A DNA stretch of 62,059 nucleotides from Myxococcota bacterium (GCA_039028615.1 JBCCHT010000059.1:1-62059); one strand, 5' to 3'. Shown: positions 1 through 11,550, counted from the stretch's first letter. Program-made: numbers and translations. Notes: generated by a model from the letters alone, not told the origin.

Positions 1-75
1 CGCCTCTCCGTCCACCCCAACCCCTCCCCGCTCGGGCCTGCCCTGCGCGCCGACGGGGTCCCGGCACCAACAAAC

Positions 76-108
76 ACGACTCGCTGCATGCGCGGCGAGT
101 CGTTTTTT
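76..108. terminator. Intrinsic terminator hairpin, probably bidirectional
   Basis: Stem ACGACTCGCTGC (76-87) / GCGGCGAGTCGT (92-103) with a T-run on + and GTTTGTT on -, just downstream of the sigma gene stop. Confidence 0.7.
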
Positions 109-137
109 CGTTGTGGGGTGCGGGTGAGCGCGGCGGC

Positions 138-1460
<1,323 letters not shown>

Positions 1461-1574
1461 GTCAGTTCGGCGGCCCAAAGGATAACCCACCGCGTGACAC
1501 CCGGGGAGCGGGCCAAGGGGTCGGCGATGATGTTCGTGCGTGCATGCCCGACGCTGGGGTATCGTTGTCGCCCC

Positions 1575-2129
1575 ATGGTCGGACCGGCTGTCGCACCCCG
1601 CCCCTCATGGAGTGGGGCTCACTTGATGAAGGGCCTGCTGGTCGGTAGCTGGCTCGTCGCCTGCGACGCCTGGGTGAAGATCACCGCCAAGGTCGCCGCG
1701 TGTCCCACAACTCGCACTGTTCGTGACGCAGCGGACCAAGTTTGGGCCGTACCGCAGGGCTGCGGCGAAGCGGACTTCTGGGGATTTGCGCACCTTTCAC
1801 CCGTTGTACGCGACGGGGGACCGTTGGGCCTGGCCGCGGGCGCGCTCGGTGGAGACGCCGGGCGGTTTTGGGCCTATGGACTGCTCGCGGTTGCCGCACT
1901 CGTGTCGATCCTGGTGTGGCGATGGCGATGGCGCACCACGGGCGACGCCACGGCCCTCGGCGCCACCTGGGGCGCGGCCGTGATCCTCGCCCTGCCCCGC
2001 TTGATGGGCGACGGCAGCGGGATGGCGGAGCTGCACTTCGGCGGCATGGCGACGGGCCTGGGCGACTTTGCCCTGCTGTGGGTCGCGCTGTGGCTGGGCT
2101 GGCGAGCGATCGCCGAAGCCCGGGCCTGA
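1575..2129 (+). CDS. Membrane protein, degenerate signal peptidase II (LspA)-like
   Basis: Four hydrophobic segments; DAWVK matches the LspA DxxxK motif; R-L...MAEL...GLGDFA occupies the positions of DR...VVDF...FNxAD. ATG 1575 follows TATCGT at 1560-1565. Confidence 0.55.
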   Translation: MVGPAVAPRPSWSGAHLMKGLLVGSWLVACDAWVKITAKVAACPTTRTVRDAADQVWAVPQGCGEADFWGFAHLSPVVRDGGPLGLAAGALGGDAGRFWAYGLLAVAALVSILVWRWRWRTTGDATALGATWGAAVILALPRLMGDGSGMAELHFGGMATGLGDFALLWVALWLGWRAIAEARA

Positions 2130-2137
2130 TCTCGGGC

Positions 2138-5100
2138 TCAGCGATCTCCGAAAGACAGCGAGCGACCGTAGATCGGCAGCTGGCGCAGCGGCGGATCGTG
2201 GCGGGCGTCGTCGCGGCACGCGTCGTAGATCGCCCGATCGCCCGGGGTCTTCGCGTCGATGAAGGCACAGGTCTCGCACCCCTCGTCACGCGCGGTGGGA
2301 TTGCGGGTGCCGAAGATGCACGTGTCGTCGCGACGCCGCCGGCCACGGGCGAACTCTTCTTTCAGCGCGTCGTTGAAGCGATGCAGGGCGTCCTCGAACT
2401 TCACGTCCGAGCCGAGCGCGTCCCGAAACACCCGCCACTCGAGCGCGACTCGGGTGCGGCGGCACCCCGCGGCCAGCAGCTTGTGCTGCTTCGAAACCTT
2501 GAAGCCGAGCACGGGCTTGAACGCGAACGCATGCCGGTACTCGAAGCGAACCGGCTCGATGAGATCGAAGTCGACCTCCATCGCTTGCTCCTCCCCTGCT
2601 TCTCGAAACAGGGGGTTGGCGTGGTGAGCGAGGTGAGCAATGTGCTGCTGCGTCACCCAGGTGCGATAGACCTTGTCGTCACGGCCACCGTCACGGGCCC
2701 GCACCGCGTTCATCAGGGCGCGACGGTCCCGGCTGGCGATGGCATGCCCCTGGCCGGGTGGGTCGAGGCTGAGCAGCAAGACCCGGTGTCGAACCTCCCC
2801 GAGCCACTCGTAACCGTCGTAGCGAGTCAGGCTACGCAGGAACGCGAACGCGATGTCGCTGGGGAAGTTGTTGAACACGCCACCGTCCACGTAGGTCCCG
2901 CCGCGAGGCTCGCCGAGGCGCTCGCGGTCGGTTGTCCGGGGCGGGAACAGCGTCTCGTGCGAGCGACGGCGAAAGGCGACCGGGAACGAAGACGCGGCCA
3001 GAGCCGCCTCGATGGCCAGAGGGTCGTCGTCCCAGGGCAGGCCGAAGACCACGGGCATGCCGCGTTCGAACTGCGCGCCGCTGAACAAAAAGCGCACCTT
3101 GGTCTGCTCACACCACGGGTGAAACCGCAGGTCGGGGGCGTCGCGCTGGCCCAAGACCACCGACCGTAGCTCCGGGGCGATCGACTGGAAGCCGATGAGC
3201 TCGCCTTCGGCCTCCTTGCCCGGCTCGAAGATCCCCCACGCGGCCAAGATGCGATCGAGGATCTTCATGCCCGGCTGGTGTTCGCCGTTGAGCGCGGCAA
3301 ACACGGCGTCGATGATCCGCGCCTGGTCGATGGCGGGACCGTGAGACGGCCTCTTGTGCACCGGGGCGAGCAGCAACTGCCGCGCCCCCGCGAGCGCCCC
3401 CGGCCAGCGCTCGTGGGCCGGGTCGAGCACCAGCTCGACCAAGTGTCTCGGGCGCAGCGCGTGCACGTGCGGCACTTCCGTCACGTCTTCGTCGGTCCCG
3501 CGCCAGCGCCGGCCCAGCTCGGTGAACAGCGCATCCACGCGGCCCGGCGCCCCATCGGGCTGCGCGTCGACCCACTGCGGGATGTCCTGCATCAGGGCCA
3601 CCACGTCGCGCAGCCGCTGCGTGCCGCCCTCGGGGCGCGCCATCGCCTCCATCAGGTAGGAGAACAGCGTGCCCACCGAGGCGCCCGCGAACAGGTCGGG
3701 CCGGATCTCGTAGCGGCGCAGCGCCGCGATGGCGCCCACCTGGAACACGCCACGAAACACCCCGCCCGCGGGCACGGCCACCGTCAGCGCTCGTTTCTCG
3801 TCCGGCTTCAGGCTCGGCAGCGGCACGCTGCGCAGCGGCGGCGCGTCCGTGTTCGGGATCGACGACGACTGCGTCACCGTGGAGTCCGAGTCTCGGGCGG
3901 AGTCGGGGACGCGCAGCATCTTCGTGCACCCGTCGCACGCCATGGGGCGCCCTTCGAAATAGTCCGCCGCCTCGGCCTCCGAGTAGCGCCGAGCCAGCGC
4001 GGCTCGGAGGGCCGAGCACTTCACCTGCTCTGCTGGGGCACCGAGCGTGTGCAAGACCTCGCCGTGCAGGGCCGTCATCGCGCTACGGCAGCCCTGGGCG
4101 ATCCCGTCGGAGAGTTCCTTGGCGCTCCAGATCGCCAGAGCGCCGGGCAACGCTCCGGGCGGAGCGATGGGGGTCGGCTCGACCTCGACGTAACGCTCGT
4201 CGGACCGCCGCGGCGGCGCAGGGACCTCCTTGCCCGCCTCGCGAAGCACTCGCACCTGCGAGCTGATGAGCCGCGTCACTCGCTCGCTGAACTGGGCGTC
4301 CTTTTGCTCGGCGAGCTGGATGCTGCGCCGCACGGAGTCGGCGAAGCCCTCCGACTCGTAGCGCACGCGGCCGTCTTGCAGGGGGGTGTGCTGCACGAAA
4401 AACAGCTGACGCGGCCTCGCGATCGATCCCGGCTGCCCGCGCCAGTGCTTCACCACGACCGCCAGCGGCGACTTGCCCGCCGCGGCCGCATCCACCAGCA
4501 CATCGTCGGGGTTCAACGACGATGGCGTGGAGTCGAAGAGTTCTTCCGCCCGCACTGGCGCGTAGATCGGAGCCGCCGCCACGGCGGCGCGCAGCGTGGG
4601 CTCGAGCTTGGCCCCCAGCGGGACCGTCACCACCGGAGCGACGCCCGACTCGATCGAGCGCTCCGCCGAGATGTTGGCCACCTGCACGAGCAAGTCGATG
4701 TGCCGTTGGCGATCGATGCGACCCAGGTCCTCGAGGGTCACGTGGCGCCCGGGCAGCCACGCCGTCATCCGGTTGTAGAAGCGCTCGAAGGCCCACCCCG
4801 GCAAGATCCGACGGGTCATGCCGTAGCTGCTGAGCACGGCTTGGAGGGCGCGGACGCCCAAATGACCGCGACGCCAGGCCCCCGCCCACGCCGCTGCCAC
4901 CAGGCCGCGCGCCAACGCCCACGACATCCGTGGCCGCCAGATTGGCAACGCGAACACCACGCGGACGAACATCCCGAGCCGCCGGGGCCACGAGGCCTCC
5001 GGCCACGCGCGGATCAAATCCACCACCGTGCCCAGATCCATGCGCAGCGCGAGCAGGTCGTCGGCCAGGCGACGCGCGTCACCGTCGGCGTCGGCCAGCT

Positions 5101-5383
5101 GCTCCGCCACCCGGCGGCTGGGGTTGTCGTGCCACTCGTGCAGCATGCGGTCGACCAGTGTCAGTCGATCCGCCTGCGACGACAGGCGCCCCGCCGCGAC
5201 CATCATCGCGGCGCTCAGCGATCCCACGCTGGTGCCCGCCACCGTCCCCGGGACGACCCCGGAGATCACGAACGCATGCACCACACCCATCTGAAACGCA
5301 CCGCGCATGCCGCCCTTGCCGAACGCCAGCCCGGTGTCGGGCCGATGGTCGGGAAGCGCGGGCCGTGAGGCGTTCGGGGGCAC
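2138..5383 (-). CDS. Tandem (two-domain) patatin-like phospholipase
   Basis: Two sets of patatin motifs: GKGGMRG/GTSVG/LVDAA and AGGVFRG/GASVG/YVDGG. GTG 5383 lies 7 nt after TAATTT; ORF extends to 5494. Confidence 0.85.
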   Translation of the reverse strand: MPPNASRPALPDHRPDTGLAFGKGGMRGAFQMGVVHAFVISGVVPGTVAGTSVGSLSAAMMVAAGRLSSQADRLTLVDRMLHEWHDNPSRRVAEQLADADGDARRLADDLLALRMDLGTVVDLIRAWPEASWPRRLGMFVRVVFALPIWRPRMSWALARGLVAAAWAGAWRRGHLGVRALQAVLSSYGMTRRILPGWAFERFYNRMTAWLPGRHVTLEDLGRIDRQRHIDLLVQVANISAERSIESGVAPVVTVPLGAKLEPTLRAAVAAAPIYAPVRAEELFDSTPSSLNPDDVLVDAAAAGKSPLAVVVKHWRGQPGSIARPRQLFFVQHTPLQDGRVRYESEGFADSVRRSIQLAEQKDAQFSERVTRLISSQVRVLREAGKEVPAPPRRSDERYVEVEPTPIAPPGALPGALAIWSAKELSDGIAQGCRSAMTALHGEVLHTLGAPAEQVKCSALRAALARRYSEAEAADYFEGRPMACDGCTKMLRVPDSARDSDSTVTQSSSIPNTDAPPLRSVPLPSLKPDEKRALTVAVPAGGVFRGVFQVGAIAALRRYEIRPDLFAGASVGTLFSYLMEAMARPEGGTQRLRDVVALMQDIPQWVDAQPDGAPGRVDALFTELGRRWRGTDEDVTEVPHVHALRPRHLVELVLDPAHERWPGALAGARQLLLAPVHKRPSHGPAIDQARIIDAVFAALNGEHQPGMKILDRILAAWGIFEPGKEAEGELIGFQSIAPELRSVVLGQRDAPDLRFHPWCEQTKVRFLFSGAQFERGMPVVFGLPWDDDPLAIEAALAASSFPVAFRRRSHETLFPPRTTDRERLGEPRGGTYVDGGVFNNFPSDIAFAFLRSLTRYDGYEWLGEVRHRVLLLSLDPPGQGHAIASRDRRALMNAVRARDGGRDDKVYRTWVTQQHIAHLAHHANPLFREAGEEQAMEVDFDLIEPVRFEYRHAFAFKPVLGFKVSKQHKLLAAGCRRTRVALEWRVFRDALGSDVKFEDALHRFNDALKEEFARGRRRRDDTCIFGTRNPTARDEGCETCAFIDAKTPGDRAIYDACRDDARHDPPLRQLPIYGRSLSFGDR

Positions 5384-5486
5384 CCTCGTCAAATTAGACG
5401 AGGTGCACCGACCGACGCGAGCCCCCGATGCGCCTTGTCGCGTTCGGGCCGGGCCGCTATCAACGAGCCCTCGGTCCCCGTGTCCC

Positions 5487-6083
5487 ATGGCCAAGACCCT
5501 CCGACAGTCGCTGCGTCACGAGATCGAGCCCATCAAGGGCTCACGCTTCCTCGCGACGGTCGGACCGGTGAGCACCGAGGCCGAGGCCCGCGCGTTCGTG
5601 CAGGGCATCGCGGCCGAGATGCCCGATGCCACCCATCACTGCTGGGCGCTGCGGCTGGCTCGGCCCTCGGTCGAGCGGGCGGTGGACGACGGCGAGCCCG
5701 GAGGCTCCGCCGGCCGCCCCATCCTGGCCGCGCTGACCGGGCGCGACGTCGTCGATGCCTGCGTGGTGGTGACCCGCTACTACGGCGGGACGAAGCTGGG
5801 CGTCGGGGGCCTGGTCCGTGCCTACGGCGGCGCCGCGGCGGCGGCCCTCGATGCGGCCGAGCTCGTCGAGCGCGTGGAGACCGAGACCTGGCGGCTGCGC
5901 TGCACCTACGAGGATGGACCCGGGGTCGAGCGGGCGCTTGCCCGGCTGAGCATCACGCCCGGCGACGCCGAGTACGGTGAAGCGATCCGCCGCACCATCG
6001 AGGTCCCGGTCGCCACGGCCGACGCGGTCCTCACCGCGCTGCGCGACGCCACCTCGGGTCGCATCGAGATCGAGCGCCCCTAA
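5487..6083 (+). CDS. yigZ: YigZ / IMPACT family protein
   Basis: IKGSRF, DATHHCWA, DDGEPGGSAGRPIL and VTRYYGGTKLGVGGLVRAY motifs. Confidence 0.92.
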   Translation: MAKTLRQSLRHEIEPIKGSRFLATVGPVSTEAEARAFVQGIAAEMPDATHHCWALRLARPSVERAVDDGEPGGSAGRPILAALTGRDVVDACVVVTRYYGGTKLGVGGLVRAYGGAAAAALDAAELVERVETETWRLRCTYEDGPGVERALARLSITPGDAEYGEAIRRTIEVPVATADAVLTALRDATSGRIEIERP

Positions 6084-6093
6084 ACCAACGAAG

Positions 6094-6134
6094 ACGGCCG
6101 CCCCGTCGCTCGATGCCTCGAGCGGGGCGGCCGT
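6094..6134. terminator. GC-rich hairpin between convergent yigZ and serS
   Basis: ACGGCCGCCCC (6094-6104) / GGGGCGGCCGT (6124-6134) plus inner GCTCGA/TCGAGC. Confidence 0.6.
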
Positions 6135-6149
6135 GCCTCGACCCTTCGG

Positions 6150-7505
6150 CTAGCGAGGGCCGATCGAGTCGAACCCGAGGTAGGGCCGCAACGCCTGCGG
6201 CACGTTCACCGTGCCGTCGGCCTGCTGGTGGTTTTCGAGGATCGCCACCATCGCCCGGCTCGTGGCCACCGCGGTGCCGTTGAGCATGTGCACGAAGCGG
6301 TTCTTGCCCTTCTTGCCGTTGGCATCGACGGTGCGGTGCCGAATGCGAAGGCGCCGGGCCTGGTAGTCGGTGCAGTTCGAGGTCGAGGTGACCTCGCCGT
6401 ACTCACCGCGACCGGGCATCCACGCCTCGATGTCGAACTTGCGCAGCGCGGGGCCGCCGAGGTCCCCCGACGCGATGTCGAGCACCCGGTAGGGCAGCTC
6501 CAGGCCCTGGAACACCTCTTCTTCGATGGCGAGCAGGCGCTTGTGCATGGCCTCCGAGGCCTCGAAGTCGCCCACCGTGAACGCGAACAGCTCGACCTTG
6601 GTGAACTGGTGCACGCGGTACAGGCCCCGTGACTCCTGGCCCGACGCGCCCGCTTCGGTGCGGAAGCAGTGCGACAAGCCGGCGAGCAACAAGGGCAGCT
6701 CGTCGGGGTCGATGATGGTGTCGGCCAGCATGCCGCCCAGGGTGATCTCGGCCGTGCCCACCAGGCACAGATCGGAGTCGGCGATGCTGTAGACCTGGGT
6801 CGACTCGCCGCGCGGGTTGAAGCCCAGGCCGTCGAGGATCTCGCTGCGCGCGAGGTCGGGCGTAATGTGCAGCACGAAGCCGTGCTTGCGCGCGATGTCG
6901 AGGGCATAGCGCTGCAGCGCCATGTCCAGCAGCACCCCGTCGTTCTTGAGGTAGTAGAACTTCTGCCCGGCGACCTTGGCCCCCGACGCGAAGTCCACCA
7001 GGTCGAGGCTCTCCGCGACGGTGAGGTGGTCCTTGGGCGTGAAGCCCTCGGCCTCGAAGTCGCGACGGTCACCCCAGGTCTTCAGCTCGCGGTGATCGTC
7101 GTCGCCTCCGCGCGGCGTCTCGGCGTGGGTCAGGTTGGGCAACCGACGCCACGCGTCGTCGCGCGCCTTCTGAGCCGCCTCGGCATCGACGGTCAGCTGT
7201 CGCTCGCGCTCGCGGAGTGCTCGGCCCTCTTCGACCAGAGGAGTGCGCGCCGCGGCTTGCTCGTCCCTGGGCAGCTTGCCCACCGCGCGCATCGCCTGCG
7301 AGTTCGCGTTCTGCTTGTGCCGCAGCTGCTCCTGCTCTTGCAGCAGGTCGCGGTAACGCTGATCGAGCTCCTTCAGCCGCGCGACGGATTGCGACGACCA
7401 CTCCGAAGATCCAGACGGCAGGTCGTCGAAGACCTGGGTCTGGCGATCTTGGAGGTTGCGTTCCAGCTCGTCCGGCTGGTCCCGAAGCAGCTTGATGTCC
7501 AGCAT
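6150..7505 (-). CDS. serS: Serine--tRNA ligase
   Basis: MLDIKLLR start, coiled-coil arm, GTAE, FRTEAG, GLYRVHQFTKVE, EVTSTSNCTDYQARRL, HMLNGT. Confidence 0.98.
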   Translation of the reverse strand: MLDIKLLRDQPDELERNLQDRQTQVFDDLPSGSSEWSSQSVARLKELDQRYRDLLQEQEQLRHKQNANSQAMRAVGKLPRDEQAAARTPLVEEGRALRERERQLTVDAEAAQKARDDAWRRLPNLTHAETPRGGDDDHRELKTWGDRRDFEAEGFTPKDHLTVAESLDLVDFASGAKVAGQKFYYLKNDGVLLDMALQRYALDIARKHGFVLHITPDLARSEILDGLGFNPRGESTQVYSIADSDLCLVGTAEITLGGMLADTIIDPDELPLLLAGLSHCFRTEAGASGQESRGLYRVHQFTKVELFAFTVGDFEASEAMHKRLLAIEEEVFQGLELPYRVLDIASGDLGGPALRKFDIEAWMPGRGEYGEVTSTSNCTDYQARRLRIRHRTVDANGKKGKNRFVHMLNGTAVATSRAMVAILENHQQADGTVNVPQALRPYLGFDSIGPR

Positions 7506-7651
7506 GGGCCGCGAACGATAGCTTTTTTGGCGATTGGCGACCGCCGTGCTAGGCGTAACCAAAGGTCGTACTAAGACCTACATCACGCCCTCGGGTCGTG
7601 CACGGCGAACGGTTCGCGTGCATTTCCCGCGGACGAAGGGGGATTTTCGCC

Positions 7652-9244
7652 ATGCTTCGTCGCCACGCCGCCATTGCCTTCCTTGCCCTGGCCACGGTCT
7701 TTGGGACCGGGCAAAAGGCCGCCGAAGCCAGCGCGCATGCCCCCCGGGACGAGTTCTACCGGGCGACCGAGCCGGCCGAGACCGCGGCCCCGGCCCTGCC
7801 CGCCGACGCGCCCGCGGTGGCGCCCGACGAGTCCGAACTCACCTGGGCGGATCGCATCGATGCCCGCCTGGCCGATCTTCAGCGGCAGGCGGAGGCCCGC
7901 CGCACGCTCCCCGCCTCGCCCACGGCCACCGACGCCGAGCTCCAGCAGCGCCTCGAGGCCCTCGCCCGCGGGGTGCACGAGGACGCCACCGTCGGCATCG
8001 CGATCCGCGAGCTGGAGACCGGCGCCTCGGTGTTCGAGTGGGACGCGGAGCGCAGCCTCAACCCCGCGAGCAACCACAAGCTGCTCACCGCCGCCGCTGC
8101 GCTCGAGCTGCTCGGCGACGACTATCGCTTCGAGACCCAGGTGCTGCGAGACGGCGACGCGCTGGTGCTCGTGGGAGAGGGCGACCCGAGCCTGCAGCTG
8201 CACGACCTCGAGGCGCTGGCCGAGCGGGTCGCCGCCTCCGTCGACCTGTCCGAGATTCGTCGCATCGTCGTCGACGACACCGCCTTCTCCGACCGCCGCT
8301 TCGGTCCCGGCTACGATCCCGAGGGCCCCGGCGTCAGCTACATGGCCCCCAGCGGCGCGCTCTCGCTGCAGTTCAACACCGTCGAGATCGAGGTCCGCGG
8401 GGCCAAGGCCGGCCGCGCCGTGCGGGTGAGCGTCTCGCCGCCCAGCGCCCACCTCGACGTGCGCAGCACCGCGTCGGGGGGCAAGGGAGGCCTGTCGGTG
8501 CAGACCTGGGCCGATGGCGATCGCACCGTCGTCGACGTCCGCGGTCACCTGCCCGCCGGGTCGCGCTACGAGAAGCGCCGCCGCATCACCGACCCCGGGA
8601 TGTTCACGGGCAACGCCTTCGCCGAGCTGCTGCGCAGCCGCGGCGCCACCGGGCTCAGCGTCGGCCGGGGCACGGCGCAGGACACCGCGACCACCGTCAC
8701 CACCCACCGCTCCGAGCCTCTGCCGCTGGTGCTCGAGTCGGCGCTGGCCTACTCCAACAACTTCACCACCGAGCAGCTTCTGCGCACGCTGGGCTGGCGC
8801 GCCACCGGGCAGCCCGGCAGCTGGGACAACGGTCGCCCCGTGCTCGAGCGCTACTGGGCCGCGGCCGGCCTGCCCGTGGACGATCTCGTGTTCGAGAACG
8901 CCTCGGGCCTGTCCTCCCGCGGGCGGATCACCGCCGCCGCCCTGGCCGATCTACTCGCGTTTGCCACCCGCCCCGATTCCCCCGCCGCCGCGCTGGTCGA
9001 CGCCCTGCCCATCGCCGGCCGCCAGGGCACGCTGCGCGGCCGCCTGCGTCACTCCCGGGGCCGCGTGCGGGCCAAGACCGGCACCCTGCGGGGCGCCAGC
9101 GCTCTGTCCGGGATCATCGAGGCCGAGGGCGGCCAGCACCTGGGCTTTTCCATCCTCGTCAACGGACCCGTCTCGCCCACCCTCAGCCGCCGCATGCAGG
9201 ACCGGGTCGTGATGGCCTTGGTGGAACACGGCGCGGCCCACTGA
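7652..9244 (+). CDS. dacB: D-alanyl-D-alanine carboxypeptidase/endopeptidase (PBP4, peptidase S13)
   Basis: Signal peptide; PASNHK (SxxK), YSNN (SxN), NASGLS, AKTGTL (KTG). Confidence 0.93.
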   Translation: MLRRHAAIAFLALATVFGTGQKAAEASAHAPRDEFYRATEPAETAAPALPADAPAVAPDESELTWADRIDARLADLQRQAEARRTLPASPTATDAELQQRLEALARGVHEDATVGIAIRELETGASVFEWDAERSLNPASNHKLLTAAAALELLGDDYRFETQVLRDGDALVLVGEGDPSLQLHDLEALAERVAASVDLSEIRRIVVDDTAFSDRRFGPGYDPEGPGVSYMAPSGALSLQFNTVEIEVRGAKAGRAVRVSVSPPSAHLDVRSTASGGKGGLSVQTWADGDRTVVDVRGHLPAGSRYEKRRRITDPGMFTGNAFAELLRSRGATGLSVGRGTAQDTATTVTTHRSEPLPLVLESALAYSNNFTTEQLLRTLGWRATGQPGSWDNGRPVLERYWAAAGLPVDDLVFENASGLSSRGRITAAALADLLAFATRPDSPAAALVDALPIAGRQGTLRGRLRHSRGRVRAKTGTLRGASALSGIIEAEGGQHLGFSILVNGPVSPTLSRRMQDRVVMALVEHGAAH

Positions 9245-9259
9245 CGTAGACTTCGCGCC

Positions 9260-10333
9260 ATGCCGCGGACCCGCTTGCTCGTCGCCTTCGGTGGTGCTTC
9301 CTCGGAGCACGAGATTTCCCTGCGCAGCGCGTGCTCGGTGCTCGGCGCCGTCGATCGCGAGCGCTTCGAGGTCGTCCCGCTGGGCATCGCTCGCGACGGA
9401 ACGTGGCGCACGGGCGAGCTGTCGGACGAGCCCACCCCGCCGCAGCTGGCCGCGCTCATCGCCGAGGGGCAGGCCGTCGTCGACTTGCGCGCGCTGTTGG
9501 CCGAGCTGGTGTTCCCCGTGCTGCACGGCCCCAACGGCGAAGACGGCACGATCCAGGGCCTGTTCGAGATCATGGGCCTGCCCTACGTCGGCTCGGGTGT
9601 GCTCGCGTCGTCGCTGTGCATGGACAAGGTCGCGCAGAAGCACCTGGTGGCCTCGGCCGCGCCCGACGTGCCGCTGGTGCCCTGGTACGAGACCACCGCC
9701 GACGCCGTCTCCACCCCCGAGGGCCGCGAACAAGCAGCGGCCGCCATCGTCGAGCGCCTCGGGTTTCCGTGCTTCGTCAAGCCGGTCAACCTCGGCTCTT
9801 CGGTCGGCGTCAGCCGGGTCGCTCGCCGCGAAGACATCGGCCCCGCCCTGCAACACGCCGCCCGCTTCGACCACGCCATCGTGGTGGAAAAGGGCGTCGA
9901 CGCCCGCGAGATCGAGATCGCCGTGCTCGGCAACGGCGGCCCCGAGACCCAGGTGAGCCAGCCCGGCGAGATCGGCCTGCCCGAGGGCACCTGGTACGAC
10001 TACGACACCAAGTACGTCGACGACGTGGCCACCCTGCACATCCCCGCCGAGCTGCCCGCCGACATCGTGAAGGCGATCCAGGCCACCGCCCTGCGGGCCT
10101 TCCAGGTCACCGGGTGCAAGGGCCTGGCCCGCGTCGACTTCCTGCTGTGTCGCGAGACGGGCACCGCGTATCTCAACGAGCTCAACACCATGCCCGGCTT
10201 CACCTCGATCAGCATGTACCCCAAGCTGATGGGGCACGTCGGCGTGGAGTACTCGCAGCTGGTCACGCGGCTGTGCGAGCTGGGGCTGCACAACCACCGG
10301 TCGCGCCGCACGCTGTCGAACGAGCTCGCCTGA
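9260..10333 (+). CDS. ddl: D-alanine--D-alanine ligase
   Basis: FGGASSEHEISL, LHGPNGEDGTIQG, MDK, KPVNLGSSVG, YDYDTKY, NELNTMPGFT. Confidence 0.97.
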   Translation: MPRTRLLVAFGGASSEHEISLRSACSVLGAVDRERFEVVPLGIARDGTWRTGELSDEPTPPQLAALIAEGQAVVDLRALLAELVFPVLHGPNGEDGTIQGLFEIMGLPYVGSGVLASSLCMDKVAQKHLVASAAPDVPLVPWYETTADAVSTPEGREQAAAAIVERLGFPCFVKPVNLGSSVGVSRVARREDIGPALQHAARFDHAIVVEKGVDAREIEIAVLGNGGPETQVSQPGEIGLPEGTWYDYDTKYVDDVATLHIPAELPADIVKAIQATALRAFQVTGCKGLARVDFLLCRETGTAYLNELNTMPGFTSISMYPKLMGHVGVEYSQLVTRLCELGLHNHRSRRTLSNELA

Positions 10334-10352
10334 GCGAGCCCGCCGCAGCCCT

Positions 10353-11432
10353 TCAGTCGAGGGGCTCGTGACCCGGCATCTCTTTGATGTACAGGTCTTG
10401 CTTGGTGTACGGGATCTCGATGTCCGCGGCCTCGAAGGCCTTGTAGACGCGGCAATTGAGCTGATCGATGAGCAGCCCTCGCGCCGAGGGATCGTCGAGG
10501 TACACCAGCAGCTCGAAGGCGAGGCCCGAGCCGCCGAAGCGACGGAAGCGAACGGCCGGGGCGGGCGACTCGGCGACCATGTCGTGGTCCTTGGCGCAGG
10601 CGAGCAACACCCGTCGTACCTCGTCGATGTCGCTGCCGTAGGCCACGTCCACGGGCACCCGCACCCGCTGCTTGGGCTCGGGGCCACCCATCTCGTTGAT
10701 GAGCTGCGAGTTGGCGATCATCGCGTTGGGCACGGTGATCTCCACGTCGTCGCGGGTCAGGATGCGAGTCGATCGCATGCCGATGTGGGTCACCCGCCCG
10801 CGGAGGTTCCCGCGGATCGTGCCGTCGATGATGATCCAGTCGCCCAGCTGGTAGGGCCCGTCGGCAAGGATGAAGATCCCCGAGAACAGGTTGCCCAGCG
10901 TGTCCTTGGCCGCGAAGCCCAGCGCGATACCCAGGATGCCGGCCGAGGCCAGCCACGCCGTGAGGTCGAGATCCCAGGCCACGAACACGAAGTAGATGGC
11001 CGCCCCGACGACGACCATCTTGAGCAGCATGTCGAACACGGGGACCGTGCGCGGCTGCAGCACCGACTTCGCTCGCGGGTGGCTGCCGATCGAGTGCACC
11101 AGCAGCGAGCCGATCCGCATCAAGGCGATCGCCCACAAGACCACGGCGGTGGTCTTGAGTGCGCCGCTCACCGCGTACTGCACCGACTCCTCCAGCCCGA
11201 AGAAGTGCGAGCCGAGGCCGAGGCCGGTGAGCACCACGCTGAAGAAGATCGGTCGCCGCAGCGCCTCGACGATGTGGTCGTCGACGTCGGTCACCGTGCG
11301 CCGAGCCGCGACGACCAAGGTCCGCCGAATGATGAACTCGATCACGAACGCGAGCGCGACCGAGCCCGCGATCACGGACACGGCTCCGAGCAGCGGCTGC
11401 TCGGCGAAGAACTCTTGGACGAGGGCGACCAT
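10353..11432 (-). CDS. Small-conductance mechanosensitive channel, MscS family
   Basis: Several TM helices; SAGILGIALGFAAKDTLGNLFSG; PYQLGDWI; IGMRSTRI; VPNA. Confidence 0.93.
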   Translation of the reverse strand: MVALVQEFFAEQPLLGAVSVIAGSVALAFVIEFIIRRTLVVAARRTVTDVDDHIVEALRRPIFFSVVLTGLGLGSHFFGLEESVQYAVSGALKTTAVVLWAIALMRIGSLLVHSIGSHPRAKSVLQPRTVPVFDMLLKMVVVGAAIYFVFVAWDLDLTAWLASAGILGIALGFAAKDTLGNLFSGIFILADGPYQLGDWIIIDGTIRGNLRGRVTHIGMRSTRILTRDDVEITVPNAMIANSQLINEMGGPEPKQRVRVPVDVAYGSDIDEVRRVLLACAKDHDMVAESPAPAVRFRRFGGSGLAFELLVYLDDPSARGLLIDQLNCRVYKAFEAADIEIPYTKQDLYIKEMPGHEPLD

Positions 11433-11550
11433 CGAGGCGTGGGGCCCGACTGTAGATCGAGGCCACGGTGCCCTTTCAAGCCCCCAGGGTGCCGGGACCA
11501 GCGCGACGGCCGCTGGGCGAGAGCAAAGCGGCGTGGCAAGCTCGGAGACC

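Noticed and set aside
2138..5383. Patatin as part of a CBASS-type defence operon
   Set aside because: No nucleotidyltransferase or other defence gene is adjacent; neighbours are yigZ and an LspA-like gene.
6084..7651. tRNA genes or a T-box near serS (also checked near gltX)
   Set aside because: No cloverleaf with T-loop and acceptor stem; serS has a -10 only 9 nt before its start.
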